Notes: generated by a model not told the origin, from the sequence alone. Counted from the first letter of the stretch, positions 28,404 through 38,682 are shown. The stretch is 64,000 nucleotides of DNA from Candidatus Marsarchaeota archaeon (GCA_023379055.1 JAMCSX010000017.1:35868-99867); one strand, 5' to 3'. Program-made: numbers and translations.

Positions 28404-29117
28404 ATGGGAGTATTATTCATTGACGGAGCCCCGGCATTGATGATCGAGAAAGAGAGGCTTATTGTGGTTGGTGATCTTCACATAGGCGTCGAGGAGAAAT
28501 TTGCAGATTCGGGAATATCATTCCCTAATGCGGCAGCGGCAATGGGCAGAGAGCTAAGGTCCATAGTTGAGAAGAACAACGCATCCGGGGTAGCCATTCT
28601 AGGAGATATAAAGCACAGGATAACAAACCTTACAAGGGAGGATATGAACTCTTTCAGCAGCTTTTTCCATGCAATGGACGGGATAGGGATAAAAGTGGCA
28701 AGAGGCAACCATGATGCCTACATAGAGGATCTGCTGCGCCGCATAGGATTCGATGCAAGCGTAAGCAAGGAGATACTTACCTCTGATTCTGCACTAATGC
28801 ATGGCAATGCCATGCCTTCTGAAGAGGCGGTGCTTAAGGACTACATAATATGCGGACACGGCCACATAGCTGCGCAGGTCAACGGAGTGGACAGGAAGGC
28901 ATGGCTGGTAGCCAGTGCAGGCGGCGGAATGAAAGAGCATTATGGAAAATACAATAAAAACATAAAGCTGATCGCAGCGCCTGCGTTCAACAGGTTGATA
29001 ACAGGAAGCAGAATAGGGTACGAGACAGGAGAGCATCTGCCGCTGCTCAATAATGGATTATTTGATTTCAGTAACGCAAAGGCGTACGACCTTTACGGGA
29101 ATCTGCTTAAGAGATAG
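28404..29117 (+). CDS. Calcineurin-like metallophosphoesterase
   Basis: DLHIG, GDIKH, GNHD, HG, GHGH, PAFN. Confidence 0.88.
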   Translation: MGVLFIDGAPALMIEKERLIVVGDLHIGVEEKFADSGISFPNAAAAMGRELRSIVEKNNASGVAILGDIKHRITNLTREDMNSFSSFFHAMDGIGIKVARGNHDAYIEDLLRRIGFDASVSKEILTSDSALMHGNAMPSEEAVLKDYIICGHGHIAAQVNGVDRKAWLVASAGGGMKEHYGKYNKNIKLIAAPAFNRLITGSRIGYETGEHLPLLNNGLFDFSNAKAYDLYGNLLKR

Positions 29118-29153
29118 CAGTATTGCTGAAGGGGAGACTGAAAGGGTAGGGAA

Positions 29154-30590
29154 TCAGATCGGGTTGGGCCTGAACCTCTCCTTGACTTCGTGCATGCGGT
29201 TGTTGACAATGGCCTTCCATTCATCGAAACTGCGCGGATCCTTAGGATAATTATTATAAAGCCCGTTCATCTCCTTCATTACCTTAACGCAGTATATCAG
29301 ATCCTTGAATGCGTTTATATTGGAGAGCCCGCTAAGCACTTTGGTGAATGTGTTTGCAATAGTTATCTCAGGCACGTTGCCATAGCTTATCTGTATGGCC
29401 TCTTCCTTTGTGAGGAACTTTGACATGCCATAGTTTATCAGGCCATTGTTGAGAGACTGCAGATATATCCTGAAGACCTCAAGGCCTGCGGTCTTGTTTC
29501 CATATACTTCATTATATCTTATATTGTACTTCCATAAGAATTCGATGCCTGCGTCATTTGCAGCTACGGCTTCGGCTGCAACCTTTCCAGCTATTGCACC
29601 TGCGGTCATTGCCGGACCTATTCCTCCTGCACTTATTGGATTTGGCATTGCCATGCTGTCGCCAGCGCCCATGTATCCAGGAAATACCAGCGAGTCAAAC
29701 TGCCTGCGGACAGTAACTGACCAGTATCCTTTGCCGTTTGCATCCGTTTCGTCTATCTTTATGTTCTTTACTACAGGATTCCATGCCACGTACTGGTCTA
29801 TAAGCATGTGAAGCGTGTCCTTCTTGTTCATCTTTGCATTCCTTATATCAAGGCTCTTCTTTTCTACGCCGAGCCCTATGTTCACCCTGTTGCCGCTCTT
29901 TGGAAATACCCAGCCATATCCGCCGGGAGCAAGCTGCTGGTTCAGGTGTATAAGCGCATTGCCCTTGTCGTAATAGTTTATGTCGCTGCCATTAGCGTCG
30001 AAGTGGCATATGTATCTGCCGGTTGACTCTATGTCATTAGTGCTTACGGTATTCTCTATGTACTTGTTCTGCGGCAGCTTCCTTCTTATCGTGCTTGCAA
30101 TTCCCAGCGTATCTATTACTATCTTTGATCTGTACTTTACCTGTGCGCCTTTCTCATCCCTGCCATATACGCCCACAACCTTGCCGTCCTCGATTATTGG
30201 ACCTTCAACCTCGTGATGGGGCATATAATCCGCTCCGCTGTTTTTTGCGAAGTCTATGAGCACGCGTGCAAGCTTTGGCCTGTCAAGGCTGTATCCTGCG
30301 CCCTCAAACTGGAATTTTCTTGTAAGATCCGGACTTAGGACCTGCACGCCTTCTACAGAAATGTCCAGCACTGGCTCGGTAAGCCTTAGGCCTATCTCCT
30401 TATGAATGAAATCAATGTGGGTCTTTGCCACTGCGTCTCCGCACACCCACCCCCAGTTTGTCTTTTTTCCGACTTGTGAGTAGTCATTCCTGTCAAGGAC
30501 CAGTACCTTTGCACCGCCCTTTGCAGCGCCTGCAGCTGCAAGAGACCCGGATATTCCTGCACCAGCAATGATAACATCATAATCTGACAT
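29154..30590 (-). CDS. Geranylgeranyl reductase family flavoprotein
   Basis: GAGISG, CGDA, APGGYGWVFPK, GDS..NPISAGGI. Confidence 0.88.
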   Translation of the reverse strand: MSDYDVIIAGAGISGSLAAAGAAKGGAKVLVLDRNDYSQVGKKTNWGWVCGDAVAKTHIDFIHKEIGLRLTEPVLDISVEGVQVLSPDLTRKFQFEGAGYSLDRPKLARVLIDFAKNSGADYMPHHEVEGPIIEDGKVVGVYGRDEKGAQVKYRSKIVIDTLGIASTIRRKLPQNKYIENTVSTNDIESTGRYICHFDANGSDINYYDKGNALIHLNQQLAPGGYGWVFPKSGNRVNIGLGVEKKSLDIRNAKMNKKDTLHMLIDQYVAWNPVVKNIKIDETDANGKGYWSVTVRRQFDSLVFPGYMGAGDSMAMPNPISAGGIGPAMTAGAIAGKVAAEAVAANDAGIEFLWKYNIRYNEVYGNKTAGLEVFRIYLQSLNNGLINYGMSKFLTKEEAIQISYGNVPEITIANTFTKVLSGLSNINAFKDLIYCVKVMKEMNGLYNNYPKDPRSFDEWKAIVNNRMHEVKERFRPNPI

Positions 30591-30600
30591 ACCGATGACC

Positions 30601-30777
30601 TTAGCTGTGATTTCTTACTACAACTATTGGTATTGCCTCCTCCTTAAACTCCAGATCAGCAAGCGCAAGAGGGTCAGTGACTCCCTGCGGCACTTTTATA
30701 AGTGGCGGTGCGCCGTATGCCAGCTGAAGCGCCCTGGCACCGATTATGGTTGCCTTTTCGAATTTTGTGTATTCCAT
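30601..30777 (-). CDS. rpoK: RNA polymerase subunit Rpo6 (K)
   Basis: YTKFEKATIIGARALQL.YGAP. Confidence 0.93.
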   Translation of the reverse strand: MEYTKFEKATIIGARALQLAYGAPPLIKVPQGVTDPLALADLEFKEEAIPIVVVRNHS

Positions 30778-31059
30778 CTGCTCCCCAGCACTAAGTATGA
30801 TGTGTAAATAACCAAGCATGATTATTAGTATAATAAGTCTTTTATAGCTATGGGATTAGACGAAAATTTGGGCTCTCCGGTTTCAGGTGTATGAAGGAAT
30901 TGGTAGAGTAGGCCATGTTGCCGAGCCGCTTCACTTTCATGACCTTTCCCATATTAGCATTGAGATCCCTCCATGAAAATCCCCTGCTACGAAGAGGTTA
31001 TGTATCGCCGAAGGTGCTTTTATGGTTTGAGGTAGCCATGCGGCGCTTGAACTGATTAT

Positions 31060-31689
31060 TTATTTCTTCTTGATTGGTTTTTGAAGTAAAATATAGAACC
31101 GTCTGCTTTTAAAGTAAAATCTTATTGTTTTATAATCTCCGAATAGATTCTTAAGTTCTGTCTTTGTAAAGTAATGGTAATAATCCCCGCGACTACCATG
31201 CCTGTATGTTCCGTCTTCCCTTGTTTTAATCTGACCGTAAACTCTTTTTCTTTGCCATGTAAAGTGCTGATCACTTTCAATATAAAAATATCCCCCGGTT
31301 TTCGTTATCCTATCAATTTCTTTTACATACTTTTCAATATCGGCCATTTTTGCCTGATACAGAGCCCGAACAGCGATTACCGCGTCAAAAAAGCCGTCTT
31401 TATATGGCAACTTGCCCTTAAGCATTGATAATTTGAATTTTACTTTGGTTTTAGCACGCACCTGTTTCGTCAGTGCCATTTGTATTGCTATTTCAGATCT
31501 GTCGAAACCATAAATTTTGAACCCCTTTTTTGCTAAGAATATGGAGTTTCTACCTGCGCCACAATAAAAGTCAAGAATCCGTTTTACACCTTTTTCCTTG
31601 AAAAAAGTGCTTAAATTATTCATGCTTTTCGATGGATGTTGTTGCCCGACACCTGAACCTTTATAATAACGTTCGTAACCATCTTTCAA
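31060..31689 (-). CDS. Class I SAM-dependent methyltransferase
   Basis: RILDFYCGAGRN, YGFDRS, LPY.DGFFDAV, KTGG; AT-rich. Confidence 0.85.
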   Translation of the reverse strand: MKDGYERYYKGSGVGQQHPSKSMNNLSTFFKEKGVKRILDFYCGAGRNSIFLAKKGFKIYGFDRSEIAIQMALTKQVRAKTKVKFKLSMLKGKLPYKDGFFDAVIAVRALYQAKMADIEKYVKEIDRITKTGGYFYIESDQHFTWQRKRVYGQIKTREDGTYRHGSRGDYYHYFTKTELKNLFGDYKTIRFYFKSRRFYILLQKPIKKK

Positions 31690-31729
31690 TCATACACCTA
31701 TTGTGTTTCCTATCTTATACCTTTATACT

Positions 31730-32110
31730 TTATCCTTTATTAGCCATACGGCGTTTGAGTGCGTCTATTTTTTTATTTATTTCTTTGGCAGACCCCTCTT
31801 TGTCCTCTACTTCCACTATCAGATAAGTGTAAGGCTCGTTCTTGAATTCTATCGTCAGGCATTTGTTAATGTCGCGCATTGCAAAAAACGCCTTCTTACC
31901 ACGGAGCAGGTATCTTCCCTCCTTGATTATGCCTGGCACGCCAGTGCCCCCGTATCTGATGCCTTCCAGCCATTTCCTGCTTTCTGTTGTTATCGAAACA
32001 ACATTCTGCAATGAGAACCGGAGTTCCTTCATTTTAAGCGCTGCTATCTTCTCCCAACCCAGAAATTCCACAACAAGCGCATCTCCATCAATGCTTATCT
32101 TGTGCACCAC
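31730..32110 (-). CDS. Hypothetical protein (possible PH-like fold)
   Basis: 126-aa ORF with RYGGTGVPG..KEGRY and YTYLIVEVED. Confidence 0.6.
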   Translation of the reverse strand: MVHKISIDGDALVVEFLGWEKIAALKMKELRFSLQNVVSITTESRKWLEGIRYGGTGVPGIIKEGRYLLRGKKAFFAMRDINKCLTIEFKNEPYTYLIVEVEDKEGSAKEINKKIDALKRRMANKG

Positions 32111-32173
32111 TTAATTCATCCCGATTACTTATTTGGTATTTGTAATAAACCTTTATATAGAGGCTATCAAGGA

Positions 32174-32231
32174 GCGCTGCGGCATTTGAGCTCTGCGTGC
32201 ACACCCGCGCCCTAAAGTGCCGTGCAGGTGC
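32174..32231. repeat. GC-rich nested inverted repeat
   Basis: CTGC-GGCATTT pairs with AAGTGCC-GT-GCAG around the inner stem GCGTG/CGCGC. Confidence 0.5.
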
Positions 32232-32267
32232 GTTATCTAAAGTGTGGTTTAGGTTGCTGTAACTGTT

Positions 32268-32510
32268 TTATGAAAAACCAAGTGGGATAATAACGTATGT
32301 CCAAACGCCTGCTGCTATAACATAAAGTGTGAGGATAGCATATAATACAAAAAGGATAACTGCTGTCCAACTCGACTTTCTTAAAAGCATGAAGAATATG
32401 CTAGATAAAAGGGATGCTATAACTAGGAAAATAATAACGTGTAATTGTTGGTAAAAGTATAAAAATATTCCCTGTAAATCCTGTTTTTTGTCTGTTCTAG
32501 CCCTAGCCCC
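32268..32510 (-). pseudogene. 5'-truncated membrane protein remnant
   Basis: Open frame between two TAAs, ...LHVIIFLVIASLLSSIFFMLLRKSSWTAVILFVLYAILTLYVIAAGVWTYVIIPLGFS*, with two TM-like helices and no ATG/GTG/TTG before the first. Confidence 0.5.
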
Positions 32511-32512
32511 TT

Positions 32513-32668
32513 AAGCATGCCCGAAAAAGCCGTTCCCGGAGGACGTCCTGCATGTTTTGCCAGCCTTCAAGCCCCCTTTTTCTAGATAAAACCTCTTTTT
32601 GCCACTGAGCAGGGCGAAGATGGTGTAAAAAGAGGGTTTTGCGGAGGTGGGCCGACCCGTGCCTGCTT
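32513..32668. other. ~155-nt nested imperfect inverted repeat (structured ncRNA or miniature element)
   Basis: AAGCATGCCCG/CGTGCCTGCTT, GCCCCCTTT/GGAGGTGGGC, AAAACCTCTTTTTGCCA/TGGTGTAAAAAGAGGGTTTT. Confidence 0.5.
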
Positions 32669-32724
32669 GGAAGTGGGTTTTATCATAACAAGCCCATTAT
32701 TCTGCGAGAATAGTCTATAGCGCG

Positions 32725-33432
32725 TCACCGTATGTTCTTGTAGTTGGATCTTGACTTCTTCAGGAAGTTGTACATCAGCATGTTTATGAAGTAGTATATG
32801 AAATAGCCGCTTATTCCCCAGGCAGCAACCCTCCGGGTACTTGACTTGACGATGGCCCCGTTGGAATAGACTATTCTGCCCTTGCCGTTCAGCTTCTTTG
32901 ACAGATCCCAGTCCTCATAAGTCAGGAATTTATCATTAAATCCGTTTACCTTTCTAAAAGTATCGGCATTGACTGCAAAATTAGAACCCATTATGGCAGG
33001 ATGCCTTAGGAATATGGAAAGCTTGACAAAAAATACGGAGATAATCTTGTATCCGATGCGTATTCTTAACGGGGATTTTTCTAATGGAAGTATCGGACCG
33101 GTAGCAGCAGCAACACCAACATCCGAGAATATGGAATGATAGTTATCAAGCAGTCTGGGGGACGGCCTAGTATCTGCATCTATGAACACCAGTATCTTAC
33201 CTTTTGCTATGCTTGCGCCTTTATTTCTACCGCTGCCTGGGCCATGGCCATTATCTATCAGTATATGCGCGTACTTTTTGGCTATGCGCACAGTATCGTC
33301 GGCGCTTCCCCCATCAACAACTATGGTTTCAAAATTCTTGAAGGTCTGCTTCTGGAGCCCTAGCAGTGGCTGTATTATGTACTTTTCCTCGTTAAGTGTT
33401 GGAATTATCACACTTATTTCGGGATTATTCAC
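32725..33432 (-). CDS. Glycosyltransferase family 2 (paralog B)
   Basis: ISVIIPTLNEE, VVDGGSADDT, FIDAD, YEDWDL; start GTG 33432 (ATG 33453 possible). Confidence 0.9.
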   Translation of the reverse strand: MNNPEISVIIPTLNEEKYIIQPLLGLQKQTFKNFETIVVDGGSADDTVRIAKKYAHILIDNGHGPGSGRNKGASIAKGKILVFIDADTRPSPRLLDNYHSIFSDVGVAAATGPILPLEKSPLRIRIGYKIISVFFVKLSIFLRHPAIMGSNFAVNADTFRKVNGFNDKFLTYEDWDLSKKLNGKGRIVYSNGAIVKSSTRRVAAWGISGYFIYYFINMLMYNFLKKSRSNYKNIR

Positions 33433-33436
33433 TTTG

Positions 33437-34147
33437 TCAGCGTATCGGTTCATAGTTCTCCTTGGATTTGTGGAATAGATTATACCTAAGCACATTGCCG
33501 GCATTGAACAGTATGTATCTTATTAAGCCCCATTTAACTATTCTTCTGGCGCTTGTTTCAACACGCGCGGTATCTACATATTTAACTGAACCGCACGCCT
33601 TCAGTCTTGCAACAAGATCTAAATCTTCGTATGTTACTAGTGATTCGTCGAACCCCCCCATCTTATTGAAAGCGGATCTCCTTACCGCGAGGTTTGAGCC
33701 GCTTATTGCAGGCATGCCCATAAGGAAGGATAATTTTGCAAGTACTACGGACGCGAACCAGTATCCGAATCTTATGAACATTGTTGTCTTTTCAAGTGGA
33801 AGAAGTGGGCCAGAGGCGGCAACTATTGACTTGTCTTCGAAAAGTCTGCTGTAGATCTTCAAAAGCCCCGGAGAAGCCCGCGTGTCGGCATTGGTAAAGA
33901 ACAGTATCTTTCCTTTGGCAGCCCTTGCACCGGTATTTCTTGCAACACCTATATGCGGCCTGTTTTCTAGTATAATCCTGCCGTGTTTCCTCGCAATGTC
34001 CCTGGTCCTGTCGGTGCTGTTGCCGTCGACAACTATGATTTCAAAATTCCTGAACGTCTGGTCGGACAGGCCTTTAAAGACGTTTTTGATGTACCCTTCC
34101 TCGTTCAGTGAAGGTATTATTACGCTTATCTCGGGTTTACTTGGCAT
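33437..34147 (-). CDS. Glycosyltransferase family 2 (paralog A)
   Basis: ISVIIPSLNEE, VVDGNSTDRT, FTNAD (DxD changed to NxD), YEDLDL. Confidence 0.9.
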   Translation of the reverse strand: MPSKPEISVIIPSLNEEGYIKNVFKGLSDQTFRNFEIIVVDGNSTDRTRDIARKHGRIILENRPHIGVARNTGARAAKGKILFFTNADTRASPGLLKIYSRLFEDKSIVAASGPLLPLEKTTMFIRFGYWFASVVLAKLSFLMGMPAISGSNLAVRRSAFNKMGGFDESLVTYEDLDLVARLKACGSVKYVDTARVETSARRIVKWGLIRYILFNAGNVLRYNLFHKSKENYEPIR

Positions 34148-34610
34148 TTTGTTCGATCTCTTTCATTGATTTGAATGCAAACTTCAATACATGCCTTACA
34201 TTCTGGAAGGTCTTTATTTTTTGTATCTCTGACGCGCCGATCCACCTTAACTCCGTAGACTCACCCTTTCCAGGCCTTCCACTGACACCTGAAGGCCTTG
34301 CAAGATATACTATATCAAAGTGTTTATGACTGCCTGCAGCATACGGGACATTCTCACAGATGGTGAGAAGGGGTTGCACAGGTTCCAATGCATCCTTTTC
34401 GTCCAGTGGAGGCAGTACCCGTCTGCCGATAAGTGAAACGCCCATTCCTGTTTCTTCCTTTGCCTCGCGTATTGCCGCTTCTGTAGGCATTTCGCCTTCT
34501 TCTATGTGGCCGCCGGGATATAGCCATACGCCCAGTTTTTTGTGTTTGAGTAGCAATATCTTGCCCTTATTTACTATTACGCAACCTGCAACAATGCATG
34601 TCTTTTCCAT
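34137..34610 (-). CDS. NUDIX hydrolase
   Basis: Nudix box GGHIEEGEMPTEAAIREAKEETG. Confidence 0.92.
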   Translation of the reverse strand: MEKTCIVAGCVIVNKGKILLLKHKKLGVWLYPGGHIEEGEMPTEAAIREAKEETGMGVSLIGRRVLPPLDEKDALEPVQPLLTICENVPYAAGSHKHFDIVYLARPSGVSGRPGKGESTELRWIGASEIQKIKTFQNVRHVLKFAFKSMKEIEQNAK

Positions 34611-34623
34611 CAGGTCACCCGGG

Positions 34624-35256
34624 CTATGCGTATGCCTCGTGAAGCTCTGCAGCACCCCTTACCAAGATGTATAGTACGAGTATTGCTACCAACACATATC
34701 CTATGACCATAGGATATCCCCAGATATATGCAAATGCGAGATATGAGAAGGTAAGAAACTTTACTACATTTATTCCTCCCCTCCACAGGTTTGAAGAGTA
34801 TATGACCTGCGCAAACCTTGTTTTCATCTTTGATGACGTACCCTTTGCAGCCATCACAGCATCCACAAAGGAGTGCCTTATTATTACTATGAATATTACG
34901 AAGACAGGTATCACTGCAAGATAGGTATATGTGGCCCAGAGGATGTATTCAGCTGCCCTGTCCCCGGCAACATCTATTCTAGGGCCGAATCTTGATGACC
35001 CGTTAGTCTTACCCTTGAATCTTGCAACTTCTGCACGCGATGCTTTATTGCCCATTAGCGCGGAGGCATATATGCCCAGACTTATTCTGCCCTTGCTGGA
35101 TTCTCTTATTGCAAGGTAGCCATCGAATGCGTCCAGCGAAATCGCTGCTGCAATTATAACAGTGATTATTATGGGACTTGACTTGAGTAGTATAAGATAT
35201 GCAACCACAACTATTAACAGAACACGGAATACTGTTGCTGCGTCTGCTGACCTCAT
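34624..35256 (-). CDS. CDP-alcohol phosphatidyltransferase family protein
   Basis: DAFDGYLA...FGPRIDVAGDR, with an insertion inside the motif; start MRSAD. Confidence 0.8.
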   Translation of the reverse strand: MRSADAATVFRVLLIVVVAYLILLKSSPIIITVIIAAAISLDAFDGYLAIRESSKGRISLGIYASALMGNKASRAEVARFKGKTNGSSRFGPRIDVAGDRAAEYILWATYTYLAVIPVFVIFIVIIRHSFVDAVMAAKGTSSKMKTRFAQVIYSSNLWRGGINVVKFLTFSYLAFAYIWGYPMVIGYVLVAILVLYILVRGAAELHEAYA

Positions 35257-35335
35257 TTTATTACCTATAAAGGTTTTACAGCAAAAAGATTTAAAGAATG
35301 GGATGCAATAGGATATCCTGGCCTCGGTGAGGTTT

Positions 35336-38300
35336 ATGATAGATCTTAACAAGAACGAAGAGCACATACTGTCATACTGGAAGGAGCACGAGATACTTGA
35401 AAAAACACGGTCTAAGAACAGGGGCAGGAAATCGTTCTATTTCCTAGACGGGCCCCCGTTCGTGAGCGGGGACCTTCATCCAGGGCAGATGTGGGTGAAG
35501 TCCATGAAGGATGTAATCCTAAGATACCGGAGGTTCAGGGGATACGACGTTTATGACAGGGCGGGCTACGACGTACACGGACTGCCGATAGAGAAGCGGG
35601 CCGAGGCAAAGCTTGGTGTAACCTCAAAGAAGGACATAGAGGCCAAAATAGGCGTAGAGAACTTCGTAAGGACATGTAAGGATTATGTCGAATCGTATAT
35701 AGGAAGGATGGATAATGATTATAGAAGGTTTGCAATGTCTATGGACTTCTCAAATCCGTATATCCCTTCCAGGACACCATATATGGAGATAGAGTGGGGC
35801 TATCTGAAGAGCATATATGAGAAGGGGCTGCTATATGAGGATAGAAGATCGACAACATTCTGCACCAGTTGCGGTACTTCGGTGTCGCAGGGAAGCATGG
35901 AGGTTGAATATAAAGAGGATACGGATCCATCCATATTCGTTGCATTCGAAGTGAATGCAAGGCTTTCAAAACCAAGGATAGAGATAGGCAACGAACTCAG
36001 TCTGCTTGTATGGACAACTACTCCGTGGACTCTTCCATCAAACCTTGCCGTGGCAGTGAACCCGAAGGAGCGGTATGTGATAGCAAGGATCGGGACGAAG
36101 AGATATGTACTTATTAAGAACAGGCTTGATGCGGTTGCCACCCTGCTGAACGAGAGCGCCATTGTGGAAAGCGAGTTTTACGGAAGCGAACTTGAGGGGA
36201 TATATTACATTAATCCGCTTGAGCTACAGGTGCCGAAGCAGAAGGAGTTCAGAAGGTATCACAAAGTGGTAATGGCCGAAGGGCTCGTCTCTGCAGAGGA
36301 GGGAAGCGGAATAGTGCATATAGCACCGGGACATGGCCTGGAGGACTATCTTGTCGGAAAGAAGAACAAGCTGCCTATATTCTCGCCTGTTGACGTGCAG
36401 GGCACGTACACGGAAGATGCAGGCACATACCTCGGCTTGAAGGTTCCACAAGATGCAAACAGGCGAGTTATAGATGATTTAAAGTCATCTGGTTCACTCG
36501 TACATAGGGGAGATGTCACACACAGTTATCCACACTGCTGGAGATGCGACACCAAGCTGATATTCATTGCAACTGACCAGTGGTTCGTGAACATACAGAG
36601 AGTGAAAAAGAAGCTGATAAGAGAGAATGGAAAAGTAAATTGGCATCCTGCAGACGCAGCAAAATGGCAGGAGGCGGTGCTTCAGAGTTCCCCGGACTGG
36701 GCAATATCAAGGCAGAGGTATTGGGGAACACCCATGCCCATATGGAGATGCCAGTCATGCAAAGAGATAAAGGTCATCGGTTCTATCTCGGAGTTAAGGG
36801 AGAATGCAACTAACATAACCTATGTTGACTCGCTCACCGACATACATAGGCCGCACATAGACAACGTAGTACTCAGGTGTGGCAAATGCAACAGCGAGAT
36901 GCACAGGATAGCAGATGTGCTTGATGTATGGTTTGATTCAGGCATAGCATACAGGGCAAGCCTGACTGAGGAGCAGTTCAGGCTTCTCTTCCCCATGGAT
37001 TTCATACTCGAGGCAATAGAGCAGTTGCGTGGATGGTTCTCCTATCAGCTTAAGACAAGCGTGATAGTGCATGGAAAGAGGCCGTTCAAGAACGTGGTCA
37101 TGCACGGGATGATGCTTGGAAGTGACGGTAGGGAGATGCACAAGAAGATAGGCAATTATGTGCCGCTGCACGAAATGCTTAGCAGCGGAGTGACTGCTGA
37201 TTCGTTCAGGCTATGGTGTACTTCACATACCCCGCAGCTTGATCTCATATTCAGCATGGACAAGATAAACGAAGCAAACAGGGCGATTATACTTGTCTAT
37301 AATGTAGCAAATCTTGCAAGCGAATATTCTGACGCGATAGGGTACAAGCCTAAAAAGATACACAAGCCAAGGGAAATAAGCCGACTTTATCCTGAGGATG
37401 CGTGGATATTGTCCAGGCTTCACAACACAATAAGGCAGGTAACGGAGAGTCTTGATCGATATGAGATATACAAGGCGGCAAATGCAATAAGATCGTTCTT
37501 TATAATGGATCTGAGCAGGTTCTACCTCAAGATAGCAAAAAGAAGGATACTTTATTCTCCGAAAGCCAGCGCAAAGTCCACCGTAGACCTGATAAACTAC
37601 CTTCTGTACAACTCGCTTCTGCTTATAGCTCCAATAACCCCGTTTGTTGTGGAGAAGGTGTACCTCGACAGCTTCGGGTTTGAGGAAAGCATATTCCTGG
37701 AATCGTGGCCAAGGTATGATGAAAAATTTGTGAACAGCAATATGGAATCGCAATTCGATATAGCACTTGATGCAACCACGGCGCTTCTCAACAGCAGGGA
37801 GAAGGCGAATGCAAAGTTAAGATGGCCACTTGCAAATGCAACAGTTGAGGTGCACAGCGACGAGGCATTCAACGCAGTACAGAGACTTTCAGGCATAATA
37901 GAAGGATACACGAACGTGAAGAGACTATTGGTAAAGAAGGTCGGCAGGTCAAATGTGGAGATACGTCCGCTGTATGCGAAGATAGGTCCGAGGTTCAAGG
38001 AGAATGCAGGCGTGGTGGCAAGCGCCCTTAAAGACGCGGATTCAAACGTTCTCATGGAATCGATAGAAAAGTCCGGTGAGTATACATTGCATACTGAAAA
38101 GGGGCCAGTTGAGATCACCCAGGAGTATTTTGAGGCTGTGCAGAGGCTTGAGAGGACGGACGCAGTGGCATTCAGGCACGGCATGGCATACGTGGACAAG
38201 GAGATAAGCAGGGAGCTTTACGAGGAGGCGATGGTTAGGGAATTTGAGAGGAGTGTGCAGCTAGCTAGGAAGGAGATGGGACTGAAGAAGGCGGACAGGA

Positions 38301-38479
38301 TAGTGCTGCGCTACAGGAGCTCGCCGGAGATTGCATTGCTGATAGAAAAGAATGAGGCCAAACTGAGATCCGACCTCAGCGCATCCGGAATTTCAAGAGA
38401 GGAAAGCGTGGGCGCAGGATTTGTTAAGGAATTCGAGGTAGGAAGAGAGAGGATAGCCGTAGGGATAGACAGAGCGTGA
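35336..38479 (+). CDS. ileS: Isoleucine--tRNA ligase
   Basis: FLDGPP, HPGQ (HIGH variant), WTTTPWTLP, DWAISRQRYWG, EQLRGWF, EMHKK (KMSKS variant). Confidence 0.95.
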   Translation: MIDLNKNEEHILSYWKEHEILEKTRSKNRGRKSFYFLDGPPFVSGDLHPGQMWVKSMKDVILRYRRFRGYDVYDRAGYDVHGLPIEKRAEAKLGVTSKKDIEAKIGVENFVRTCKDYVESYIGRMDNDYRRFAMSMDFSNPYIPSRTPYMEIEWGYLKSIYEKGLLYEDRRSTTFCTSCGTSVSQGSMEVEYKEDTDPSIFVAFEVNARLSKPRIEIGNELSLLVWTTTPWTLPSNLAVAVNPKERYVIARIGTKRYVLIKNRLDAVATLLNESAIVESEFYGSELEGIYYINPLELQVPKQKEFRRYHKVVMAEGLVSAEEGSGIVHIAPGHGLEDYLVGKKNKLPIFSPVDVQGTYTEDAGTYLGLKVPQDANRRVIDDLKSSGSLVHRGDVTHSYPHCWRCDTKLIFIATDQWFVNIQRVKKKLIRENGKVNWHPADAAKWQEAVLQSSPDWAISRQRYWGTPMPIWRCQSCKEIKVIGSISELRENATNITYVDSLTDIHRPHIDNVVLRCGKCNSEMHRIADVLDVWFDSGIAYRASLTEEQFRLLFPMDFILEAIEQLRGWFSYQLKTSVIVHGKRPFKNVVMHGMMLGSDGREMHKKIGNYVPLHEMLSSGVTADSFRLWCTSHTPQLDLIFSMDKINEANRAIILVYNVANLASEYSDAIGYKPKKIHKPREISRLYPEDAWILSRLHNTIRQVTESLDRYEIYKAANAIRSFFIMDLSRFYLKIAKRRILYSPKASAKSTVDLINYLLYNSLLLIAPITPFVVEKVYLDSFGFEESIFLESWPRYDEKFVNSNMESQFDIALDATTALLNSREKANAKLRWPLANATVEVHSDEAFNAVQRLSGIIEGYTNVKRLLVKKVGRSNVEIRPLYAKIGPRFKENAGVVASALKDADSNVLMESIEKSGEYTLHTEKGPVEITQEYFEAVQRLERTDAVAFRHGMAYVDKEISRELYEEAMVREFERSVQLARKEMGLKKADRIVLRYRSSPEIALLIEKNEAKLRSDLSASGISREESVGAGFVKEFEVGRERIAVGIDRA

Positions 38480-38484
38480 CTATC

Positions 38485-38682
38485 CTATTCCTTTGTGGTG
38501 CCCTTGAAAAGCTTTTGTGCAGGCATCTTTGACCAACAGCTTTTGCATATTACAAGTCGCCATACCTTCGAGACCCTTCTGGAGCTCTTGACGCAGTTGA
38601 AGCATACCTTCTTCTTGCAGTAATTGCACGTGTTGTACTTGTATATCGTCTTTCCGCATCTTTCGCATATCACATAGATCAC
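38485..38682 (-). CDS. Small Zn-finger protein (4 x CxxC)
   Basis: CERC, CNYC, CFNC, CKSC in 65 aa. Confidence 0.75.
   Translation of the reverse strand: MIYVICERCGKTIYKYNTCNYCKKKVCFNCVKSSRRVSKVWRLVICKSCWSKMPAQKLFKGTTKE

Noticed and set aside
32160..32240. Integron attC site
   Set aside because: No RYYYAAC/GTTRRRY core pair and no IntI in the window.
32480..32720. RNase P or SRP RNA
   Set aside because: Neither the GAGGAAAGUCC P4 motif nor the SRP helix-8 motif is present on either strand.
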